A DNA stretch of 63,953 nt, filler included, from Kipferlia bialata (lineage: Eukaryota): the NCBI GenBank assembly GCA_003568945.1. It is 7 parts of 7 records of this genome, joined end to end, with 100 filler letters (N's around TTAATTAATTAA, not from the genome) between each part and the next. Parts side by side here need not be neighbours in the genome. Positions count along the whole stretch, not along the records: positions 12,068 to 24,032 come from BDIP01001153.1; positions 24,133 to 30,522 come from BDIP01001154.1; 5 more parts are not named here. One strand, 5' to 3'. A model generated the notes under the pieces. That model was given only the letters and a program-made list of their open reading frames with translations, was not told where the DNA came from and made no database searches. Shown here one piece after another: positions 13,118-24,869 of the stretch (the stretch's first letter is position 1; each line of letters opens with the position of its first letter). A program made the translations under genes and the position numbers.

Positions 13118-13974
13118 ATGCACCCCTCATTCAACATGCAGCACACACCTGGGCCCCGCCCTCAGTCCACTAGGGGCAGTATCGCCCGCTCCAACCGCAG
13201 TACGTAGCTTGATCACTCTCTTGTATCTATACCTCTCTCACCCTTGCCAATCTGAAGGATCACCCTCTATTTGTATCTATGTCACTTTCTCATCCCCTAG
13301 CCAGTCTGAAGGATAGCTTGATCACCCTCTATTTGTATCTATGCCACTCTCTCACCCTAGCCAGTCTGAAGGATGTGGCCACCCCCACCACACACCACGT
13401 CCTGACAATGGACAAGGACGTGATGCCCAAGGAGTGCGCCTCACGGTAAGTGACCCCCCCCCCCCCCATCACCACCACACAGTGCAACAGCTATCTCTGC
13501 TTGTTTTCCCTCGTCTCTTTCTTTCTCGCTGTTATTCATTCTAATCCCTCACCGTATACTCATGCACTATTCACAGTCCGTATATTCATACACTGAGATG
13601 ACTTATATGTGATGCCCCCCCCCCCCCCCCTTCAGTGACATATTCTTTTGTATTTGTGTATAATTCTTCTCTCTTCTGATCCCAAGAGAGTTGATCCTTG
13701 GCGCCAACTACGCTGCCTCTGATAAGGAGTTTGACAAGCTGCTCTCTATGGAGAGACGCACAGCCAGTGTACGCATACTTAACAGATACTCAGTCAATCA
13801 AGTCTTATCTAGATTATGATTGTATTACCTCTCCGCTTGTGATTCATATACCACTGTGTGTCTATCTGCCTCTTATCCCAGGCTAGGAAGGCACGGGCAG
13901 AGAAGGCTAGAAGGGAGAGAGAAGAGAGGGAGAGACAGACTGAGAGGGAGGGTGATGAGGAGAGGCCCCAGTGA
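13118..13974 (+). CDS. Small hypothetical protein (about 120 aa, 4 exons)
   Basis: MHPSFNMQHTPGPRPQ..., SLKDVATPTTHHVLTMDKD..., ELILGANYAASDKEFDKLL... and ARKARAEKARRERE...PQ* join in frame. One acceptor is AAG. Confidence 0.6.
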
Positions 13975-14396
13975 TTGATCATTCACCATTGATCAATGAT
14001 CATTGGTTCCAACCACATATGTGTGTCCGTATAACGTCGTACTGCAGATATGGGAGTATATGCCTCCCTTCTCGTGGAGCCCGCCGAGTTAGCACTGCAC
14101 CTTGATATTCACGCGCAAAGTTGGCCACTCAAGTCTGCCCTGCTTAGAGTTGTGCTCATCATGCTGTTATACCGTATATTCTACTCTGTGTGAACTCATT
14201 TCCACTCAGTAGGCCTCCCACATCATACACACAAGCAATATATGTGCCTGTCTGTCTCTCTATTGTGTCCCTATTCCAGTGCATTGTGCGGTCATCATTC
14301 GACTGGTGAACGGTGTGGTTGCAAACGAATGACTCATCATTTTAAGGATCTCTGAAATGAAGCTGTGTGCTTGCTCTCTTTTGAAGTACTTAGAAG

Positions 14397-14934
14397 ATGG
14401 CCCCTACCCTTGTTGCTGACAACTGTGCCGGATGCGCCACCTGCGTGGGTATGTAGTGCATGGTGTCTCTTTTTATGCTCTGATGTGCGTTTTTCGCATC
14501 ATGATATTCAGTTGTTTAGAATTGTGTGGTTCTTTCCCTGTGCCTCTGCGTGTCTTCCCTATATCGTAGTATGTAGAGTTGCTGCATTGGACTTCTTTAT
14601 TCCGTGTTTAGTTGTGCTGGTATGCTTTTGGCTTTGCATTTCTTCAATTGATTCCGATCTTCTTCTTCCTTTTCGTCTCTTTCTCACCCCCAGATGTGTG
14701 CCCCGCTGACGTGCTCGAGATGGCCGAGGACAAGGTTGTGCTTGCCCGCCTCGACGACTGCATCGACTGCTACGCCTGTACGTTAGTATGCGTCAAGCTT
14801 ATTAACCCCATCCCCCTCGGGCTTGTGTTTGCGAAGAAGTAATGTGTTCTTCCCTTCGCCCTCCCCCCATGTACCATATCTTATTTCTAGGCGTCGACGC
14901 TTGCCCCTGCGACGCCCTCGTGATCCCCGAGTAA
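14397..14934 (+). CDS. fdx: Bacterial-type 2[4Fe-4S] ferredoxin (59 aa, 3 exons)
   Basis: Exons 14397-14448, 14694-14777 and 14891-14934 give MAPTLVADNCAGCATCVDVCPADVLEMAEDKVVLARLDDCIDCYACVDACPCDALVIPE*, with two CxxCxxCxxxCP motifs. Confidence 0.93.
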
Positions 14935-15220
14935 GGATCCCGACGTCCTATCAGGCAGCAGCAGGACCTGTGCTTGCTGTGATGTGTGAATAGAAGCGTG
15001 TCTTCCATCATATGTATATATGTGCGTGAGAGTGTTTCCTTTTGGGTATTAGTGTGTGCTTTCTCTGTGAAGAATAGTTTATAATTCTAGTAGCTGTTGA
15101 ATCACAGCATATGATGGGTACCTGAGGGAGTGTCCCTGAACCCTCATTGGACCAAAATGATGATGACAAACTGTGCGTATCAATCGATTGGCCTCTCTCT
15201 TATCGGTGCTGATTGGGCAT

Positions 15221-15839
15221 ATGCACTACCTCCCTGTCCTGCTGTGCCTGTGTGCATGGGTGTGCATGACTGTGGCCGAGTGCCCCCCCGAGGGAGAGGC
15301 AGACCCATCAGACATCGGGGCAGTGGTGGTGCTCTCAATTGAGGTATGGCATCATGACATATTTATAGGGAGATATATATAGATGGGTGTCCCCCCCCTC
15401 CCCCCTTCCTCTCACCCATGTGGCGTGTAATATAGTTAATGTGGGGTTGTTGTTAGCATATAGGTATGTTCTTGCTCAGTTGTTGTGTAACTAAGTACTG
15501 ATTTCCTATCCATTCATGGCCCTAACTCCCAGGGCGTCAACAAGCTTGCTGCCGACTCCATCCCAGACATCGAGGCATCTGCATTTGACCTCAAGATGGA
15601 GTACGTACCCTCTCACTCTCTCTCTCTCTCCCTCCAATATGCCTAGTGGCTACACGCTCCACATACACTCCATGCTATAGTGGAAACATGAGATGTACTT
15701 GAGTGCTCTCATCCTGGGATAACATCACGCTACTCTCGACTATCAACTATTCAGTTCCCACCCCCCTGAGGTTATTTGAGCATCTAGTAACATTGTTGTC
15801 AACTAGAGTCTATCTGTCGATGTCGTCTCTCCCTCTCTA

Positions 15840-15885
<46 letters not shown>

Positions 15886-15932
15886 TCTCCACCCTTACAC
15901 CCAGTGACATTGACACCTCCCTTGACCTTGTT

Positions 15933-15976
<44 letters not shown>

Positions 15977-16100
15977 CCCTTACACCCAGTGACATTAACA
16001 CCTCCCTTGACCTTGGCATCACTGTGGTTGATCTCTCAATCACCCAGCTCCTCTTTGCCAACTTCCACATCGGAGATATCAAGGGTATGTACACCTCTGA

Positions 16101-16132
<32 letters not shown>

Positions 16133-16695
16133 TCTCTCTCTCTTTCTCCCTCCCTCAATCCTCTCTCACCCCAGCCACCTCTCTGCCCCTGACCCAGGAG
16201 CTCATGCTCAACATGTAAGTGAAAATGGATAATATATATATGTATACTATAGATTCTAATAGATATATATCACATATAGTTGAAGTGGCAATGTATATGG
16301 ATTCTAATAGTATAGTGATATAAATATCACATATATAGTAGACCAGTATCTGTATGCATGTATGTATTTATGTAGAAGTACTTTTATCCCTGACCCAGGA
16401 GCTCATGGTCAACATGTAAGTGAAAGTGGATATACTGATACTGATTTGTATGTCGTGCCTAAACCTTTCCTATCAAGTAATTCATGCCTATATTTACATA
16501 TATATATATATATATTTATATTTAGGTATCGTCACCCTCTCTCTCTCAAGACCGCTTACACCAGGGATGACCTTGACCTTCAGCTGACCTTTCTCTCTGC
16601 CTATCTCTCTCTCTGTGTGTCTCTCTCTCTTTCTGTTAAAAGGATATACCCTTATACCAGGGATGACCTTGACCTTGAGCTGACCTTTCTCTTCT

Positions 16696-16740
<45 letters not shown>

Positions 16741-17694
16741 AGACGCTTATACCAGGGATGACCTTGACCTTGAGCTGACCTTTGACTGGGAGTACACAGA
16801 GGAGAGCTGGCCATTCAGCAAGGATAGCGGAACAGGTATGAATTCTCTCTCTGAACAGGTATGAATTCTCTCTCTGAATTGCTATATATATATGAGTATA
16901 TTCCTTTCAATATGTTTATATATACTCTACACATGACTAATGCATGAGGCACTGCCACCTGCACTGACTTCTCTCTCTCTCTCTCCTTCTCTCTCACTCT
17001 CTCTCTCTCTATTCATACACTTATACATCAGGCACTGCCACCTGCACTGGCATCTCTCTCTCACACTCTCTCACTATATATATACCTATTATTCTCACTC
17101 TAGGCACTGCCACCTGCACTGGCATTGGGGGTGAGGTTGTCATGGGGGTGGGGTTCGACCATGTCTGTGGTGTCCCGCAGGTATGGCTCTCTCTCTCTCT
17201 AATGTGTTTGTATGAATGGTGTCTCCATTGCCCCTCAGGTATCTAGTAGTAGGATGTACTCCCATACACATATATATAATATATATAATATATATATGTA
17301 TATAATATATATATATATTATATACATATACATGTGTATGGAGTGATTAGAGTGGGGATTGACCATGTTTTGGATACCTCATGTTTATATATGTGGCATA
17401 TGTATCTATGAAAATGTGTAATATCGATGTATGCTACGGTATCTCTCTCTTTCTCTTCCTCCGCTGTCATATATATCGATGATGTGTTCTCTCTCTCCCT
17501 CTACACCCTTAATTCCAGTTCATGGCTGACAGTGTCCTATTCTCTCTCTCTCCCCCTCTACACCCTTTATCCCAGTTCATGGCTGACAGTGTCAACCTGG
17601 ACCTCGGCGACATCAAGATCACACTCGACGGTATGGCATAATGCCTATTATACATGTACTGGGTGTCGTTTTGAGACACCACACTCTCTCTCTC

Positions 17695-17743
<49 letters not shown>

Positions 17744-19335
17744 AATAGTAAAGGTGGTGCCTCTCAGCTCTTCCAGCTCATCCTCAATGCATTCATCTCT
17801 CTCCCTCTCTCTCTCTATCTCTCTCTCTATCTTATATATAAGCGGTGCCTCTATCTATATATACTTATCTTACCCCTAGGTGGTGCCTCTCAGCTGTTCC
17901 AGCTCATTCTCAATGCCTTCATAGGACTGGTGGAGGATCTGTTCACAGATGAGCTCAACACACTCATTGCTGCTAGTATGACTGAAGGTACATAATTAGA
18001 CACACACACATATATATATATATATAGTATACATATACATTTATGTCATTGGACTGGTGGAGGACCTCTTCACAGACGAGCTCAACACTCTGATAGCTGC
18101 TAGCATGACTGAGGGTGAGTGTGTATATAATATACATATTATATACTATATTCTTACACACATATGTCTTCTGTCTACCCATCTCTCCCTCTCTTTCTCT
18201 CTCTCCCCCTCACCCCAGCCATCAACGAGGGTATTCAAGAGAGTACTGGACCTTCAAACGTCCCAGACGGCATGAAGGAGGTATATATATAACTATACTA
18301 ATATATGTATATATATGTGTGTGGATACATTATATATGAATAATATGTCAGTATTCATAAGTGCTATTATAGTATGTGATGGGTCTTACTTCCCAGACGG
18401 CATAAAGGAGGTATATAGCTAAGTATATAAGAATATTCTATGTGTATATAATATAATGCATACTATATAATGGAGAGAGAGACGTCCCAGACGGCATGAA
18501 GGAGGTATGACTACATGCTACTTTTATATATATATTTATGAATTGTGTTCCTTGTACTAGTATATATATATGTATATGAATACTGCCTTACCCCAGGACT
18601 TCCGCAGTCCCAACCCAGTTGTTGTCCTGGAGGACAACTACATCGCCATCCACTTCACAGCTTATGTAAGTGATTTCCACTGATGCCATATAGATGGATA
18701 TTGCGCTTTTTTGCTTGCTGCTGCTCACTCTCAGTATACATTTCTCTCTCCCCTTCCCTTACCCCCAGATCTACCCTGCCGACGAGGGTCCCACATGGTC
18801 AGGTACGCAATATCAGTATATGGGTATATATATGAATACATATACCTTTCAGTTCATTAGTCAGTGTATATATAGAGTGTCAGAGAGGTCTACCCTGCAG
18901 GTGAGGGTCCCACATGGGCAGGTACACTGCCTCTCTCTCTCTCATACATACACACATATATATGTTCTCTCTCTCCCTCTACCATCTGCCATGATGACAC
19001 AACATGATGACACAATTTCGTCATACCTACCCAATAGAACCAATGTATACACATCTACACATACATGTATATATTGCAGTGTATACCAAACCCACCCCAG
19101 CCCGTGATGCTATCATGCCCACCCCATTGCCCAACCTGGTCACCAGTGAGGACCTGCAGTTCGTGCTGTCCAACACGTACGTGATCCTCGCTCTCATACT
19201 GTTCTCTCTCATATATGAACATGAACTATCCCTCCATCTCTCTCTCTCCCCCCGACCCCAGTACACTTTCAGTGCATGTATCTCTCTCTCTCTCTCTCTC
19301 CCTACCCCCTTTACCCCAGTCTGTTTGAGTCCATG

Positions 19336-19371
<36 letters not shown>

Positions 19372-22298
19372 TATTCCTACCCCCTCTTTACCCCAGTCTG
19401 TTTGAGTCCTTGTTCCTCTCCAGTCTCCACCTTGGACTGCTCAAGGGCCAGGTCGACCCAGCTAAGGTAACTCCTCTATATATGTATAGATTCAGTCACC
19501 TATGTTCGTTCTCTTCCTTTCGGTACTGATACTCCTTTACCCAAGACCCCCAGCTGGCATCTCATCGTAAGGTACCATGTATACAGTATATATATGTTTG
19601 TTCATATATTACACCATATATATATAGTAGTACAGTAGTTAAGTAAATATATACATATATCATTAGTATTCTATAAATACATTGTGAGTATCTAACAATT
19701 AGGTCCAGGACCCCCAGCTGGCCTCTCTCCTGACCACCACATCCCTGGGGGCCATATGCCCAGGTATTGTATGGACATGTATACATACATAGTATGTATG
19801 TCCATTATATGTGTATATGACAATGTATATATCTCCTGACCGCCACATCCCTGGGAGCCATATGCCCAGGTATAGTATATCCCGATTCCAAAGTCACCTC
19901 TCTCTCTCTGACTAGACATATACTGTTTCATATACCTCATCCCTAGGCCTGTATGAGGCATACCCCGATGCCACAGTCCCATCTCTCTCTCTCNNNNNNN
20001 NNNNNNNNNNNNNNNNNNNNNNNNNNNNNNNNNNNNNNNNNNNNNNNNNNNNNNNNNNNNNNNNNNNNNNNNNNNNNNNNNNNNNNNNNNNNNNNNNNNN
20101 NNNNNNNNNNNNNNNNNNNNNNNNNNNNNNNNNNNNNNNNNNNNNNNNNNNNNNNNNNNNNNNNNNNNNNNNNNNNNNNNNNNNNNNNNNNNNNNNNNNN
20201 NNNNNNNNNNNNNNNNNNNNNNNNNNNNNNNNNNNNNNNNNNNNNNNNNNNNNNNNNNNNNNNNNNNNNNNNNNNNNNNNNNNNNNNNNNNNNNNNNNNN
20301 NNNNNNNNNNNNNNNNNNNNNNNNNNNNNNNNNNNNNNNNNNNNNNNNNNNNNNNNNNNNNNNNNNNNNNNNNNNNNNNNNNNNNNNNNNNNNNNNNNNN
20401 NNNNNNNNNNNNNNNNNNNNNNNNNNNNNNNNNNNNNNNNNNNNNNNNNNNNNNNNNNNNNNNNNNNNNNNNNNNNNNNNNNNNNNNNNNNNNNNNNNNN
20501 NNNNNNNNNNNNNNNNNNNNNNNNNNNNNNNNNNNNNNNNNNNNNNNNNNNNNNNNNNNNNNNNNNNNNNNNNNNNNNNNNNNNNNNNNNNNNNNNNNNN
20601 NNNNNNNNNNNNNNNNNNNNNNNNNNNNNNNNNNNNNNNNNNNNNNNNNNNNNNNNNNNNNNNNNNNNNNNNNNNNNNNNNNNNNNNNNNNNNNNNNNNN
20701 NNNNNNNNNNNNNNNNNNNNNNNNNNNNNNNNNNNNNNNNNNNNNNNNNNNNNNNNNNNNNNNNNNNNNNNNNNNNNNNNNNNNNNNNNNNNNNNNNNNN
20801 NNNNNNNNNNNNNNNNNNNNNNNNNNNNNNNNNNNNNNNNNNNNNNNNNNNNNNNNNNNNNNNNNNNNNNNNNNNNNNNNNNNNNNNNNNNNNNNNNNNN
20901 NNNNNNNNNNNNNNNNNNNNNNNNNNNNNNNNNNNNNNNNNNNNNNNNNNNNNNNNNNNNNNNNNNNNNNNNNNNNTATATGGACAGACGTATGGTTAAT
21001 GAATAGAGGCCACAGTCACTCTGGACCTCGACGCAACAGAGATGTAAGTGCAGATATGTATAGATATTTATGCCTGTGGCTAGATGCCAGTTTCCCAACT
21101 TTCTCTCTCTCTCTCTCTTTCTCTTGCTCACTCTCTCTCTCTCTACACCCTTAATGTCAGGCCCACCGTCACTGTCATGCCCAGTGCCCTGTTCTCCAAC
21201 GTCACAGGTACTTTCTCTCTCTTTTCCTCTCTGTCGGGTTGTACATAAGTGAATAGTGTGGTATTCACGTTTCTAACTGTCCATGTTTCTCTCCCCCCCC
21301 CCCTCTCTCTCTCAATATCTCACCCAGGCACTGTACATGTCTCTGTACATGATGAGGCCTCTCAGTCTATGGTCGACACCTTCACTGTCGGGTACAGTGT
21401 TGGACTTGCTGGTACACCCCAGTCACTCACAGGTATGTCTCTCTCTCACTCTCTCACTCTCTCTCCCCCCCCCCTCTCTCTTCCTCTCCCCTACTAAACC
21501 CTTACCTCAGAAACCCTGCACAATGCCGAGAATATGACCACCTTCTATATCGACTACACCCCCTACAACACCACTGGCTGGGAGATCGAGTCCAGCTATG
21601 GCCCAGTTGATATGGAGGGACCATCCGCCATGATGCTGCAGGTACATCATACACACATATATATATAGTAATATACATATATATGGTTGAGTTGATTATA
21701 GCATATGGATATGGATATAGAAGGCTCTACCTAGGGCCCTGTGGACATGGAGTCCATCTGCCATGATGCTGCAGGTGTATACAAGAATATATGTATATCT
21801 GTGTGTGTTGATATTTCTGTATGTTATGTCACATAACTTTCGTGTTTGTGAATTATCCATTTACTATTTTATACTGTTGATCTGTATATCTCTCAACACC
21901 CTCATCAAGTGAGTATCTTTCACCTTCCCTCTCTCTCTCTCTCTCTCTCTACACCCTTATTCCCAGATGTACCTCTCCTTCCTTGGTGTTGTGCCTTGGT
22001 TCAGTGACTGGACTCTACGCCACTCACCAAACTTCGGAATTGCAGGGGTACGATTGATGCTTGTATTGATAGACTACTTCTCTTCATTCCAGCCGTTATT
22101 ACCTGTATTGGTAGATTTCTCACGCCTTCACATCATACTAATTCGTCAGACTCAGTGACGTTTGAATAGACATATTATCAATATACCCTCATTCTCTCTC
22201 CCTCTCCCTCTTTCAGTCTCTCTATCGAGACCCTCATTTCACACCAGGACTTCTATGACTGGCAGAGTATATACCCTTGTTCTCCTTCTCTCTCTCTC

Positions 22299-22330
<32 letters not shown>

Positions 22331-22569
22331 CCTAGACCCTTATTTCACCCCAGGACTTCTATGACTGGCAGAACATGTACTCGGTGCTTGAGGTGAGTGT
22401 TCGTCTCTTGGATGTTGTGTCTGCAGTTGTCTCACTCTCTTCATTCATATGTCGGCATTCTACAAGATGCATTCTTCCTATATCCTCTCATATCCGACTT
22501 AGTTTCTCATCCTAGCCCCCTGGTGCTATAGTGTACAACGTGGCTATGATGCAGGACCTGCCAGTCTAG
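15221..22569 (+). CDS. Secreted BPI/LBP-like (TULIP) lipid-binding protein, many small exons, spans an N gap
   Basis: Signal peptide MHYLPVLLCLCAWVCMTVA, then GAVVVLSIEGVNKLA, LTFDWEYTEESWPFSKDSGTGTA and LGDIKITLDGGASQLFQLILNAFIGLVEDLFTDEL, which resemble the BPI N-terminal domain. Last exon is 22516-22569. Confidence 0.7.
19994..20976. other. Assembly gap (N run) inside the BPI-like gene
   Basis: Uninterrupted Ns without the stop-linker, flanked by exons of the same gene. Confidence 0.95.
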
Positions 22570-23169
22570 TGCAACCGATACAATGGAGTGCAATGCATTG
22601 TTGCAGTGATATAGGAATTGACCCACCAGTGCATTCCAAGGTATCACAATGCCTTGCAAGGCGGTAGGACAGGACTTAGAGACTACAACTGAGAGTACCG
22701 CGTCATTCAACGACACTGCTACTGTTGAAGTAACTTCCTGGATATACATATGCTGACTGTATCGACTTAACAACTACGAATAGAATCTGAATTCAATCAT
22801 GGTGTTCCGAGCTGTGTCAGTCTCTGTATCACAAGACTTGAAGGTACTTGGGCTGAAAATCTTTACCTTCAATATAGTATATTGTTGTATATACAAATAC
22901 TATTGGAAGAAATTCACTGTCAATATCCATGTATATATGTCTATTCCGACTGAACCTTGCCGAGACAGTGACATGCTCTATAGAACCTCAACAACTGAGC
23001 CAAAGGACTACAGTTGCACACACGGACTCAGGGTGGTTTCAAACGCTATAAGGAATTGCAGCATTGTAAGTTACAATTTGTAACGAATGGCATACACTAT
23101 GGACACATGTGGCCTGAACACCCTCACGCTCACATGCTCACATGCTCAGACGCTCAGACGCTCAAACGC

Positions 23170-23770
23170 CTAGAACCCGGTACCAAGGGGGTACCACTCC
23201 AGTGCAAGGTCAGTATCGTCCTCATCTACCTCAGATGGCACCTGGTCAGGTATAGCCTCAGAGTCAGGGGCACAGGTGCCTAGAGGTTAGTAGTTTTAGT
23301 ATAAGTTTCAGTATCAGTACTAGCAATACAGTATCAGTGTAAAACACTACCTAGCGGGTACCAGTCCTCCTCACTGGCACTATCCTCAACAGACACTAGT
23401 CTCTCCTGGTCCTCTGTATTCAGCAGAGACTGGCCCTTCCACTGAGGGTTAGAGTGTACATAGCACACATATATATGTAGCGTATATATATATGTGCCGA
23501 TTTAATATATGCCAACTGTCAGTGATCACTACTTGATGTACTACACAAGTACGTTAATACACATGATCCTATGTAGTATACCATATACTCTGAATGTACT
23601 CAATAGACAATTCTGAGTCGGGTACCTTCTGGAACCTCTCCAGCATCTGTGCTATGTGGTGTATCTCTGCCACTGCTGCAGTGTCATCTGGGTGGCTGAC
23701 AGAGACGTAGGTCTCTCCATCACTGAAAGGTCGGACAATCGGATTTTTGGAACGTTTGTACGTTTCATGA
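23170..23770 (-). CDS. Small acidic hypothetical protein, 5' end uncertain, 3 visible exons
   Basis: ...HHIAQMLERFQK|WKGQSLLNTEDQERLVSVEDSASEEDWYPL|GTCAPDSEAIPDQVPSEVDEDDTDLALEWYPLGTGF* joins in frame using CTAACCCTCAG and CTAACCTCTAG acceptors. Confidence 0.6.
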
Positions 23771-24032
23771 CTAGGGTGTGATAGAGGGAGAGAGAGCGAT
23801 TCAATGCAGAAGGCAAAGCGGCGCTTTGCCTTCTTAAACTTAACATCTTGTCGCGAGTATATTACACCAGTACACACCGTACGACACCATTCTAAAGAGC
23901 AAGTATTTCCCTGGGTTAAGTTGAATTTGCAAGCAAGTGATGGTATGAGTTGGGGTAGGGCCACTAAAACCGGGAAAAGCTCTCTTTATGAATTGTCCTT
24001 CGTGTAGTTTTCTCTCCTGAAGGTGGTTAAAC

Positions 24033-24132
24033 NNNNNNNNNNNNNNNNNNNNNNNNNNNNNNNNNNNNNNNNNNNNTTAATTAATTAANNNNNNNNNNNN
24101 NNNNNNNNNNNNNNNNNNNNNNNNNNNNNNNN
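24033..24132. other. Artificial contig-joining spacer
   Basis: N44-TTAATTAATTAA-N44. Confidence 0.97.
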
Positions 24133-24180
<48 letters not shown>

Positions 24181-24217
24181 CGCAAAGAGAGAGAGTATGT
24201 GTTATAAAAATACGTAC

Positions 24218-24869
24218 TTCATGGACATGTTGAGGTAGAATCCCTGGGAGGAGTTCTGGCCGAACTCGGATCCGTACTGGGAGCAAGCGTCACCAACACC
24301 GGGGGTGTAGAGGAGGGGGAGGGTCTTCTCGACGTTCTCGGTGGCGAACTCGTAGTAGAGGGGCACGGAGAAGTTGCGGAGAGCCTGCATGTAGAGACGG
24401 CGCTCCTCCATGGTCTTGCACCTGGTGTGAGAGGAGACCAAAGTGATGACACAGGAAACGAGTGATAAGATGTATTGAAATACCACTTACTTGTCGAACT
24501 GAGCTCCGACACGGGCGATGGCGGTCTCCATGGACTCAACCTTGGCGGGCATGCTGGGTCAGACATGGTCGGGGGGCAAAAGAGGGAGGAGCGTATCTAC
24601 AGTCGAAATAGTATACACACAAGTACAAACTCTAATCGCGCACACAGACGCACTCAATGTACACACGATATACAGTAGAAGCGTGCTAACGGTGCCGGTA
24701 GAGACCATAGAGATGCAGATACGTACCGTCCGATGAGGCCGGCCTCCTCCCTCTCCTCGGTGGTCATGCACAGGGCCTTGTTGGTCATGTTGTCCAGGGG
24801 CATGGTGGCCATGGAACGGGCCATGCAGGCGGGGAACCTGTAGACGGCGGTGGCAACAGTGGGCAGCAT
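24218..24869 (-). CDS. ME: Malic enzyme (decarboxylating malate dehydrogenase), N-terminal 3 exons, 3' truncated
   Basis: Exons 24727-24869, 24491-24553 and 24218-24421 give NKALCMTTEEREEAGLIGRMPAKVESME...LYMQALRNFSVPLYY...LPLLYTPGVGDACSQYG, matching the malic enzyme N-domain (YTPTVGxAC). Confidence 0.9.

Noticed and set aside
16550..17125. Repeats separated by unique spacers, suggesting a CRISPR-like array
   Set aside because: The repeats are copies of exon starts with splice acceptors, spacing is irregular, the context is eukaryotic and there are no cas genes.
19692..21131. 479-aa and 348-aa ORFs
   Set aside because: They consist almost entirely of translated Ns.
24133..24180. Poly-G tracts as telomeres or G-quadruplex elements
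   Set aside because: They are intronic homopolymers at contig ends where assembly broke, and their lengths are unreliable.
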